This document shows positions 1 through 7,640 of a stretch of DNA of 46,767 nt, one piece after another. Within the stretch, counting starts at the first letter, position 1. Each line of letters begins with the position of its first letter. Source of the stretch: a virus (taxonomy: Duplodnaviria > Caudoviricetes); the IMG/VR virus record IMGVR_UViG_3300037722_000381, positions 1 to 46,767 of that record. The stretch is one strand, 5' to 3'. A program made the translations under genes and the position numbers. The notes below the pieces were generated by a model. The model ran no database searches. It was not told the origin of the DNA and worked only from the letters and a program-made list of their open reading frames with translations.

Positions 1-3
1 AAC

Positions 4-192
4 ATGAGTGACGTACTACAGCGGGACGAATACGAGCGCCAGTTGGTCGCGCATTGGCTGGTCACGCCTCACGGCTGCGTGATGGTCGATATGACATGGG
101 CCAAAATGGTCGAGTACGCAACCGATCTGAACGAGACCCTGGGCGGGTTTGTCCGGGGTGTACGCGCTGCGGCGCTTGGGAGGGAGAAATGA
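4..192 (+). CDS. hypothetical phage early protein
   Basis: 62-aa ORF, ATGA overlap with next ORF. Confidence 0.6.
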   Translation: MSDVLQRDEYERQLVAHWLVTPHGCVMVDMTWAKMVEYATDLNETLGGFVRGVRAAALGREK

Positions 193-425
193 GCCCATCT
201 TTTCGCGCCCCCCTGCAAAACGTCGAGAGCCACCTCAATTGGGGCTATCGAGCGAACCTAGCGGCCCGCGCCTGCGCCGGCCTGGACCTCCCCGCCGATG
301 TGGCTGAGGGAGCGGTGAAGAAGCTCGTGGAGGCGGCGAATAGTTTTCTGGCCATTGGATTTGAAACCGGAAATGAGGGCGATGACCTGCGCGCCGCCCT
401 AGCCGCGCTCGGTGTGCCGAAATGA
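189..425 (+). CDS. hypothetical protein (MSPSFRAP...)
   Basis: ATG at 189 overlaps upstream TGA, GGGAG SD; ATGA overlap downstream. Confidence 0.65.
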   Translation: MSPSFRAPLQNVESHLNWGYRANLAARACAGLDLPADVAEGAVKKLVEAANSFLAIGFETGNEGDDLRAALAALGVPK

Positions 426-856
426 CCGACGACAACACCCGCGAGGCGCTGGCTAAACAGATATGGGATTCCGCGAATGCTGCCGTGGCAAGGGCGCGCG
501 TGGCGGGATGGAACGAGGCGATTAAAGCGGCGCGAGCCGTTGCGGAGCCGGCCATGAAATATGAACGACTAACAGATGACGCTCTGCATAGCTTTGGCCA
601 AGAATACCAACAGTTACGCATGAAAGCAGAGAGCGTGAACCCCGGTCACATTGCAGAGGCATACGCCCAGATAGAGGGCATAGCGACAGAACTTGAAACA
701 GCCCGCGCCACCATCGCCGCGCAGGCCGCAGAGATCGAGCGGTTGAAGGCGGAGCGCACTACTAAGGAATGCGATCACGTCTGGATATACATCACGAATA
801 CAACCGCACCACATCGCTACTGTGACAAGTGTGGGAAACGGAGCAACCACGTATGA
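422..856 (+). CDS. coiled-coil protein with C-terminal Zn-ribbon (CDH...CDKC)
   Basis: Translationally coupled ORF; CxH..CxxC motif. Confidence 0.7.
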   Translation: MTDDNTREALAKQIWDSANAAVARARVAGWNEAIKAARAVAEPAMKYERLTDDALHSFGQEYQQLRMKAESVNPGHIAEAYAQIEGIATELETARATIAAQAAEIERLKAERTTKECDHVWIYITNTTAPHRYCDKCGKRSNHV

Positions 857-1149
857 CTGACAGAGAGCCTGTGGAGATACTGGCGAAGGCGGTGGCTCCC
901 GACACATGGAACGCAGAGGATAGTGATTTCGTAACTCGGGATGAAGCCAGAGCGATGCTGCGCGATTCTGCCAGAGACTTGATTCGCCCACTCGAAGCCG
1001 CCGGCTATCGCATCTGCGGGCCAGAGCCGACAGAGGAAATGGTAATGGCTGCGTTCGGAACGCAAGGACAACGTTATATCGACGGTGGCCGGATTAAAGA
1101 GTGGTGGCGAGACATGCTCGCAGCCGCGCCGACATACGGGAAGGAGTGA
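853..1149 (+). CDS. hypothetical protein with EPTEEM...MLAAAP motif common in phage early genes
   Basis: ATGA overlap at 853; motif recognition. Confidence 0.7.
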   Translation: MTDREPVEILAKAVAPDTWNAEDSDFVTRDEARAMLRDSARDLIRPLEAAGYRICGPEPTEEMVMAAFGTQGQRYIDGGRIKEWWRDMLAAAPTYGKE

Positions 1150-1154
1150 GGGAT

Positions 1155-1535
1155 ATGGACCTGAGACCGTGCCCGTTTTGTGGCGGATCAGCCGTTTATA
1201 GCTGCATTGCCAAACGAAGGTGGACCGTACTTTGCGATACGCCATGCGGCGCCTTAGGCCCTATCGCGTCGAGCAAGCCGAAAGCCATCGCGGCTTGGAA
1301 CGACCGTCTTTTCGAGCCGGCAACCGCGCAGATATTCGAGATTTTGGAGGAATACAGAAGGGCCGCGCAGGGGGGCAAAGACGAGGACGATTGCGAATGG
1401 AATGCCGCTTGGGTCGCTGCGATAGAGGCGGTGCGGGAGTGTTTGCCGACCAGTCTCAAAGCCAAGCGTACCGGCCGCACCCTCGACGGGCGAAGCCCTG
1501 ACGGCGACCCGCCGCCGGAACTGGAGAGAGAGTGA
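1155..1535 (+). CDS. Lar-family (restriction alleviation-like) Zn-finger protein
   Basis: LRPCPFCGG...C..PC...AIAAWN signature; SD upstream. Confidence 0.75.
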   Translation: MDLRPCPFCGGSAVYSCIAKRRWTVLCDTPCGALGPIASSKPKAIAAWNDRLFEPATAQIFEILEEYRRAAQGGKDEDDCEWNAAWVAAIEAVRECLPTSLKAKRTGRTLDGRSPDGDPPPELERE

Positions 1536-1624
1536 TACCCGAGGATTCGGTTCTCTACCTCGCCATTCGGGGCACGCTGTTGCTGTTAGCCTTCGTTCTT
1601 TTCGTCTATGGCTGTACTCGTTAA
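1532..1624 (+). CDS. 30-aa single-TM peptide (not in ORF track)
   Basis: GTGA overlap; translates to MIPEDSVLYLAIRGTLLLLAFVLFVYGCTR. Confidence 0.5.
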   Translation: MIPEDSVLYLAIRGTLLLLAFVLFVYGCTR

Positions 1625-1639
1625 GCGAGCCGACCCAAA

Positions 1640-1978
1640 ATGAACCGCCGCACCTTCCTGACCGGTCTTGTCGCCGCCCCGTTCATCGTGAGGGCGGGGT
1701 TAATCATGCCCGTGCGGGCGCCAATCATAAAGCCGACTGGCTGGCGATTGCTTGGCGTAAAGGTTTCGTCGGGCGCGTCCAGTCGGTTCCGCGTGAACGG
1801 GGGGCCGTGGCACCCATTTACCGGAGGATCGTTCACGTTCGATAGCGCGATGGAGTTTGAGGAAGGGTCCGAGGTCGAGCTTGAGATGGACCCGGCCTGG
1901 CCCTCAAGAAACTATCAGCAGCACGACACCCCACCACAGCCCGAACCGGACCAGCTTCTGCCAATATTGAGCGTCTGA
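1640..1978 (+). CDS. protein with twin-arginine (Tat)-type signal
   Basis: N-terminus MNRRTFLTGLVAAPFIVRA. Confidence 0.6.
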   Translation: MNRRTFLTGLVAAPFIVRAGLIMPVRAPIIKPTGWRLLGVKVSSGASSRFRVNGGPWHPFTGGSFTFDSAMEFEEGSEVELEMDPAWPSRNYQQHDTPPQPEPDQLLPILSV

Positions 1979-2171
1979 CCTGAATGCGACCGACCACCAG
2001 TCTTTCCCGCTGTGATGCCAATTCCCCGGCTCGCCCCGATCCAGGTCCGCATCTGACGGCCATTTCGGCAGCCAGGAATCGGTTATCAAGTGGATTGGCC
2101 AGTCTATCGGGGAAGTCAGCAAAAGGACGGGGATAGCGTTGATCGCGTCACGGTTCATAGGAGATTGAGAA

Positions 2172-2546
2172 ATGGAAGCATCGGAAATTGTCGAGGCATA
2201 CAACGTCCTCATTAAGCGCGCCCACGATGTGGTCGATAAGGCCCCCTACTGGGCGCACATCTGGGCGGATGATTGGGATCACACAAGACTATGGATCGAC
2301 GGCGATACGGTGATCCTGACATGGCAGGAAACCGAATCGGACTATGACGGCTGGACCACGCACACGGAGCGGGCGGAGTTCCCGCTTCACCTGTTGACCT
2401 GCCCAAATGAAGAGCTTGGCGCATGGAAGAAAGAACAGGCGAAGCTATACGAGAGGAAGGAACTGGCCCAGCGCGCGGCCCTAATGACCTTGGAGCAAGA
2501 CCGAGAGCGTGCGGCGTATGAGGCCCTAAAGCGGAAATACGGCTAG
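2172..2546 (+). CDS. hypothetical protein, last gene of early arm
   Basis: AGGAGA SD; 124 aa. Confidence 0.75.
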   Translation: MEASEIVEAYNVLIKRAHDVVDKAPYWAHIWADDWDHTRLWIDGDTVILTWQETESDYDGWTTHTERAEFPLHLLTCPNEELGAWKKEQAKLYERKELAQRAALMTLEQDRERAAYEALKRKYG

Positions 2547-2680
2547 GTTCGTTTATTGCGCCGTTTTGGAACAGATTGGGAACACCGGGGCAGGATGGCC
2601 CGCCCGTGCCCGCCAAATGGCCCGTAGTGAGCGAGAGGGGTGGCTCAGGCAAAATCCCCCGTCTGACTCTCGGGGCGCCC

Positions 2681-2887
2681 CTAACGACACGCACGGGCCT
2701 GAGCCCGCATGACCCCGTATTCGTTCACAGCCCGCTCGATCATGGTCCCGTCCGGCAGGGCTTCGACCTCATCCGCAAGTTGGTTGCGGGCTTCGTCGGT
2801 CCATGCTGAGACGGGCGGACAGGAGTGGATCGTCTGACCACAGGCTGCCAGCAGAAGGCAGAGGGCAATTGCGAGCGGGCGCATCAT
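2681..2887 (-). CDS. o-spanin (Rz1-like) lipoprotein
   Basis: Lipobox LAAC, additional Cys, end of lysis cassette. Confidence 0.7.
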   Translation of the reverse strand: MMRPLAIALCLLLAACGQTIHSCPPVSAWTDEARNQLADEVEALPDGTMIERAVNEYGVMRAQARACR

Positions 2888-3987
2888 ATCCCGCCCGCCA
2901 ATCGTCGCGCCCTCATCATGCGCTTGTTCGCAGACTCCGGCGAATTGTATCCCATCCCGTACTCCATGACGCTGTGCATTTTGTCATAGGCCGCGTCTGC
3001 TTCTGCCAGTGTTGAGTAAGAGGGCCAATAATCCCATCCCTTTTGTTTCGCGCGCGCGACGGCCTCTTGGTTGCTTAGAATCTTGCCGTTCCATACGGTG
3101 GGAATTACATAGTGCCGACCATCGACCGACGTTACCAAGTTCCTGACGGTGGAGATGCTGCCGTCCGGGTTCTTGGTTCCACCGGACCCCACATTTCTGA
3201 AATTGAATAGGTGGTGATCCCAAAGATGTTGCTCTCCGGTGGTGTGTTCATATGGCAATTTATTGGGCTGGCCGTCACTAGCCGCGTTCTGCGGGGAACC
3301 GCGCCATCCGGGCCTAGGCAGATGGCGTCCGGGTTCGACGCCCTTTAGATAATCAGTGATGTCTCCGAACAACCCGATTTGCTCCGGTGTATAGGACTCA
3401 ACCGGCCACCCGCCGTTAACAGGTGCGAGATACCCGCCCATAGCTTGATCCGTGCGCGATCTATCCAGCCATTCGGAATATGGCCGATTTTCCCCGTACT
3501 CATTCTGACCGCGCGTGTAGGCCCGCTCGTCAACGCCGATTTGCTCCGGTGAGCGAGCGGCTGTGTATTGAGCCTTCCAGTCACGATATTTCGGGTCGTT
3601 TTGGGGGAGGTAGTGTAGAAACTCCCCGAACACAGCATTTTTCAAATCGCCGTGCGAAAGCTGCGGGTTGAATGCCTCAAGTGTCCATCGGCCAGGGATC
3701 GGATTGTCTCGTTCTTCCGGCGGGTAGGTTTCGATTTGCCGACCATCCTGCATTCCCTTTGTGAATCGAGAGTCCATAACGCTAACGGGCGCGCCGCGCA
3801 GCGTCGGGTTCTCACGAAAAACCTGTGAAAGCAAGCCCTGAAGTTGCGTTTGTCCCATTTGCTGGTGCGCGCGCGTTACGGCGGGGTTGGCCCCGAGCAT
3901 GCCTGTAGGTTGCTGGCGCCCGAGCAACCCCGGGGATGATGGGACGGCATTAAGCAACCCAATCAGCTCTGAAATGCGCGGCGGCAT
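2884..3987 (-). CDS. 367-aa ejection/polyvalent-like protein
   Basis: ATG at 3987 directly after the i-spanin stop; GLLG-rich N-terminus, GEFLH pseudo-zincin motif, NPDGSISTV..IPTV C-terminal domain. Confidence 0.65.
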   Translation of the reverse strand: MPPRISELIGLLNAVPSSPGLLGRQQPTGMLGANPAVTRAHQQMGQTQLQGLLSQVFRENPTLRGAPVSVMDSRFTKGMQDGRQIETYPPEERDNPIPGRWTLEAFNPQLSHGDLKNAVFGEFLHYLPQNDPKYRDWKAQYTAARSPEQIGVDERAYTRGQNEYGENRPYSEWLDRSRTDQAMGGYLAPVNGGWPVESYTPEQIGLFGDITDYLKGVEPGRHLPRPGWRGSPQNAASDGQPNKLPYEHTTGEQHLWDHHLFNFRNVGSGGTKNPDGSISTVRNLVTSVDGRHYVIPTVWNGKILSNQEAVARAKQKGWDYWPSYSTLAEADAAYDKMHSVMEYGMGYNSPESANKRMMRARRLAGGI

Positions 3988-3988
3988 G

Positions 3989-4195
3989 CTACCACCCCTT
4001 CTCCCGTATCCGGTCAACCAACTCGCCCTTGGACTTGGGCGCGTCGGCCGCCGCCTGTAGCTGATCGTCCTTAACTGAATTGGACGCTGCGGCATCCCTG
4101 CCCCGCTGTGCCCCCCTGCCTATGCGGTAGAGCCAGAAGGCGCCACCGCCGAGGGCAGAGAGGGTCAGCAGGATCAGGATCAGGTTGGTGGTCAT
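3989..4195 (-). CDS. i-spanin (Rz-like)
   Basis: N-terminal TM plus short helical periplasmic domain, downstream of holin. Confidence 0.6.
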   Translation of the reverse strand: MTTNLILILLTLSALGGGAFWLYRIGRGAQRGRDAAASNSVKDDQLQAAADAPKSKGELVDRIREKGW

Positions 4196-4380
4196 TCGGT
4201 GGGGGTATTCGGAACCGCGAACACACCGAGAGCAGTCAGCACGGCAAGAATGCCCTGCACGATCACGGTCGCGTCGATACCGAACACGGTCAAGCCGTCG
4301 CCGATCCCGATGAAGCCGGGGCCGAGGACGATAACGAGCAGGCCGACAACGGCCGCGATCAGTTTGCTGTAGTTCGACAT
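4192..4380 (-). CDS. holin (2 TM)
   Basis: MSNYSKLIAAVVGLL...ALGVFAVPN; AAGGA SD; follows endolysin. Confidence 0.7.
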   Translation of the reverse strand: MSNYSKLIAAVVGLLVIVLGPGFIGIGDGLTVFGIDATVIVQGILAVLTALGVFAVPNTPTE

Positions 4381-4381
4381 T

Positions 4382-4867
4382 TCAGAGTCCTTCTTTCCAA
4401 TGGTCCCGGCAACTGGCGACGAATTGCTCGACCGTCCCCTTGCCGTGAACCGTGTTGTAAAACTTCTTCCAGTACCGCCCCATCGCTTCCAGATCGTCGC
4501 CCGAAGGCAACGCACCGGGCTTGGTGCGGTAATGGATTCGACACATGGCGGCGGCGTAGTTGACATTGCCCGCAAGCTGCCGCCACGGCTCCGGGTGTTC
4601 GCCCATCAGGCTCTTAACCTTGTCGCGTAGCTCCGTCCGTGATTCGAGCCAGCGCCAGTGATCGGTGTGAGTCGCCTTCTCCATCTGGAAGAAGCCGAGC
4701 GCCGGCCCCCACCACGACCCGCCACGGTCAAGCTGATCGACAAATCGCAAATGGCTTTCCTGCAAGCCCGTACAGATTACGAGCTGTTCTGCGTTGTGCG
4801 ACCAGAGGCCGATATGTTCGAGGGTGGGGCGGACGATGAAGCGGCGAAGCTGTGAGACAGAGATCAT
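4382..4867 (-). CDS. endolysin, lysozyme/transglycosylase-like
   Basis: QES...GPALGFFQME and YWKKFYNT motifs of the lysozyme-like fold. Confidence 0.8.
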   Translation of the reverse strand: MISVSQLRRFIVRPTLEHIGLWSHNAEQLVICTGLQESHLRFVDQLDRGGSWWGPALGFFQMEKATHTDHWRWLESRTELRDKVKSLMGEHPEPWRQLAGNVNYAAAMCRIHYRTKPGALPSGDDLEAMGRYWKKFYNTVHGKGTVEQFVASCRDHWKEGL

Positions 4868-5520
4868 ACCGGCAGCATCCGATGGATTACGTCGAGCGGA
4901 ACCGCGAACACGAAACTCCCCGGACCAATTACGGGAATGGGGACCGGAAGCCTCGGGGGCACCATCGCAACCAGTATCCCGATGACCTCACCATCCTCAT
5001 TAAAGATCGCGCCGCCGGAATTTCCCGGTCCTGCGGTAATGTCCAGAACCATCCAGTTACCGAACTCGGGATAATCGAGAGCCCGGATGAAATCAGAACT
5101 GATCCGGCCGTATGTGTGAATCCACTCGAAGCCCATTGTCATTCCGACGGTGCTGACTTCCTGCCCGATATAGAATGGCTGGTTTTCAGCGATGGGCGCT
5201 TCGATGCCGAGATTGACCGACCCGTCGATCCGCACGAGCGCAAGGTCTGCGGTCTTCGCCGCCCAACTGAAATGCGCGGGGTAAATCTCGCCGGAATAGA
5301 GAATCACATAGACTGTATCGCCTGAGTTCCTGAGCCCCTGCGTGCAATGACTCGCAGTCAGTATCCCGCCCGTCTTGTCGATGATCGTCCCCGAGCAATA
5401 AATATTATCCCGGTCAGGCGAGGAACTAAGGGCCACGGTGTAGTGGCGAAGATCGGAAGATGTACCGGCCGCGCATGAAGCTAGAATGACCGCCACGAGG
5501 GCGGCGAGGATGCGGGCCAT
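4864..5520 (-). CDS. trypsin-like (S1) serine protease, predicted lipoprotein
   Basis: LTASHC, DLAL and GNSGG catalytic-triad motifs; lipobox LASC. Confidence 0.85.
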   Translation of the reverse strand: MARILAALVAVILASCAAGTSSDLRHYTVALSSSPDRDNIYCSGTIIDKTGGILTASHCTQGLRNSGDTVYVILYSGEIYPAHFSWAAKTADLALVRIDGSVNLGIEAPIAENQPFYIGQEVSTVGMTMGFEWIHTYGRISSDFIRALDYPEFGNWMVLDITAGPGNSGGAIFNEDGEVIGILVAMVPPRLPVPIPVIGPGSFVFAVPLDVIHRMLPV

Positions 5521-5529
5521 ACGGGCCTC

Positions 5530-5730
5530 CTATCTATTGAAAATTCGCCGGAACACGTACCGACGCGCGACGGCCGCGATGAAAAACACCGAGCCGATCT
5601 CCATGCTTTCACCGTATGTCGGCTGAAAGCCCCAGAAGGGGAGTAGAAGGTGGTTGAGCAAAACCGCGATGCCGAAGCCGCTCGCGGCGTCACACACAGC
5701 CTCGATTGCGGACCAGCGGCGGGACTGCAT
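5530..5730 (-). CDS. small 2-TM phage membrane protein
   Basis: MQSRRWSAIEA...RRYVFRRIFN type membrane protein common in phages. Confidence 0.7.
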   Translation of the reverse strand: MQSRRWSAIEAVCDAASGFGIAVLLNHLLLPFWGFQPTYGESMEIGSVFFIAAVARRYVFRRIFNR

Positions 5731-5915
5731 TAATGCCGTGACGGCTCGGTTACTGTTTCGGTCCCGTCATCGTGAAAAACGATTCTCCGGCACCACGGGC
5801 ATCCGGCGATCTGCGCCCTCACCGCGTCGTCGTCCTGTAGCAAGCAAACGGGTGGGCCTTGGCAGACAATAACGATAGGGTCATCGTCGGTCTCGGCAAA
5901 CCGGGCAGATGTCAT
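5730..5915 (-). CDS. small Cys-containing protein (MTSARF..., CPWC)
   Basis: TAATG overlap at both ends. Confidence 0.55.
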   Translation of the reverse strand: MTSARFAETDDDPIVIVCQGPPVCLLQDDDAVRAQIAGCPWCRRIVFHDDGTETVTEPSRH

Positions 5916-6259
5916 TAGAACATCTTGGGGTCGAAGCCGTGATATTTGCAGACCAGCTTTGCAAGCCTGTGAAAGTCGGAACCGTGTTCTGACTTGACGC
6001 CCTCGCTGTCCAGCTTCACATGAATCATCTCGTGCGCCATTGAAAGCACCAGCGTATCGGTGTGGGCCACCGCCCCCTCCGAAATCCTGATCCGGTGCCT
6101 TCCCTCGTATAGCGAATGGTCGCCGTGTATTTTCCTGTTGCGAATGACGCGGAACTCGACCACATCGGCGGGCGGGAGTTTCCACCGGCAGAATGGCGGC
6201 GTGGCGCGCAGAAACCCGTAGGATGCAGCGAGGATTTCCGGCGTCAGTGGGAGTGTCAT
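5915..6259 (-). CDS. SprT-like zinc metalloprotease
   Basis: HEMIH followed by HGSDF. Confidence 0.75.
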   Translation of the reverse strand: MTLPLTPEILAASYGFLRATPPFCRWKLPPADVVEFRVIRNRKIHGDHSLYEGRHRIRISEGAVAHTDTLVLSMAHEMIHVKLDSEGVKSEHGSDFHRLAKLVCKYHGFDPKMF

Positions 6260-6453
6260 TTGCGGTTCAACCCGCCCCGACCAATCGGGACCATGTACCG
6301 CTTGGCGTAGGCCAGTAAGTCCTCTGCCAGTTCAAACGCCCGCATGGGTGTCATGTCGATCAGCGCCCGGTCCGTATTGTCGCTGAATGTCTGCAAACAG
6401 AACTCCCCGGTATCGGGATGGAGGGTTTGACCTATGTGCTTGTACTCTTTCAT
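6256..6453 (-). CDS. hypothetical protein
   Basis: ATGA overlaps on both sides. Confidence 0.6.
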   Translation of the reverse strand: MKEYKHIGQTLHPDTGEFCLQTFSDNTDRALIDMTPMRAFELAEDLLAYAKRYMVPIGRGGLNRK

Positions 6454-7403
6454 ACCCGCCACACCTTCCCTCTGAATTCGACTTCGCCGGCCTGCTCGTC
6501 CAACACCTGTACAAGCTCCGGCATCAGCAAACGCCCGTTATCAAACGTCAGCACACCGAATGCCGAGCGATGATTGCGCGGGTTATCTTCTGTGTATGCG
6601 AACTGCGGTCCGGCAGGATCGGCCAGGGTTCCAAGATCGACGCCGTACCTGTTCCCGGTGTAGTCAGTGTATGGAGTAACTTTCGGGGCATGAAGATGGC
6701 CCGTCACCATCGTAAGTCCCGCCCCCATCGCGTTGTTGTGCGTCGCATGAACGCCGCCCTTCCACCGATGTTTGATAACCACCTTCCCGTTGATCCAAAC
6801 CGACCAGCACGGCTCCCAATCAGGAAAGTGGTCTTTAAGGTGCATCCCGTGGACGTTCGCGTACTCCGGCGCGACACTCGCAAGCCTTGCCTCAAATCTT
6901 GCGTCGTGATTGCCGAGCGTCCATGCCTTCTCGGCGTCGTCGGGGGCGGCATCCACTATCTCGCCAAGGCGCTCTTTCGTGCATTCCAAATCCTCCGCAA
7001 CCGTGGGGATATCTTCCCACATCAGGGGGGCGTGGCGACTGATCGAGGCCCCGTCCGTCATGTCGCCGTTAGCAATGAGCGCAATTGGCTTTAGCTTCTT
7101 GCAGAACATAACCAGCGCGCGGTGCGCCGTGGAAATGATGTTTGGCCAGTAGTGCGCGTCAGAGAAGGCGATGACGACGCCGTTCTCAATCGTCCATTCT
7201 ATTCGCGGCTTGTGAATAACCGGTGTGCGCTTCCGCTTGTTCTCTGTCGGGGCCTCGATCTTGACCCCTATTTCCTTTTCCAGTCTGTCTCGCCGCTTGT
7301 AGGCACCGCGCTCGGTAATCCCCGCACGCTTTCCTGCTTCGGCCGCGCCGCTGTTCGTAAACACAGCGACAAACTCGGCCTCAGTACATTGGGCCAACGC
7401 CAC
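6450..7403 (-). CDS. calcineurin-like metallophosphoesterase with N-terminal HTH-like region
   Basis: SDAH, NGD, GNHD and GHLH motifs. Confidence 0.85.
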   Translation of the reverse strand: MALAQCTEAEFVAVFTNSGAAEAGKRAGITERGAYKRRDRLEKEIGVKIEAPTENKRKRTPVIHKPRIEWTIENGVVIAFSDAHYWPNIISTAHRALVMFCKKLKPIALIANGDMTDGASISRHAPLMWEDIPTVAEDLECTKERLGEIVDAAPDDAEKAWTLGNHDARFEARLASVAPEYANVHGMHLKDHFPDWEPCWSVWINGKVVIKHRWKGGVHATHNNAMGAGLTMVTGHLHAPKVTPYTDYTGNRYGVDLGTLADPAGPQFAYTEDNPRNHRSAFGVLTFDNGRLLMPELVQVLDEQAGEVEFRGKVWRV

Positions 7404-7421
7404 CTCCGAAGCTGTTTCGAC

Positions 7422-7640
7422 TTAGTGGATATTATTGAGCCAGTCTAGAAATCTGATGGCTCCGGCGCCCAATCCACCGGCCGCTGCGCCTACGGCAATC
7501 AATATCCGCCAACCGCCCTTCGCTTGATCGACAGACGAGCGAATGGCCTTAACGTCAGACTTGATTTCGCCAAGGTCCTCTCGCGTGTCCCGCATTTCGG
7601 CTTCAAGGGTTGCGAGACGTTCAATTTCCGGCTTGGTCAT
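7422..7640 (-). CDS. coiled-coil plus C-terminal TM protein (XhlA/holin-like)
   Basis: ERLATLE coiled coil, then KGGWRILIAVG TM; ATGA overlap. Confidence 0.65.
   Translation of the reverse strand: MTKPEIERLATLEAEMRDTREDLGEIKSDVKAIRSSVDQAKGGWRILIAVGAAAGGLGAGAIRFLDWLNNIH

Noticed and set aside
2547-2680. attP or dif site at the convergence of the two arms
   Set aside because: No adjacent integrase and no recognisable XerC/XerD or tRNA-end sequence by eye
3988-4095. Upstream extension of the 403-aa ORF
   Set aside because: Overlaps the i-spanin-like gene; ATG 3987 just after its stop is the more plausible start
6387-7094. Long + strand ORFs opposite late genes (also 27497-28198, 20602-21219, 13520-14104)
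   Set aside because: Antisense to motif-supported genes in GC-rich DNA, with no recognisable motifs
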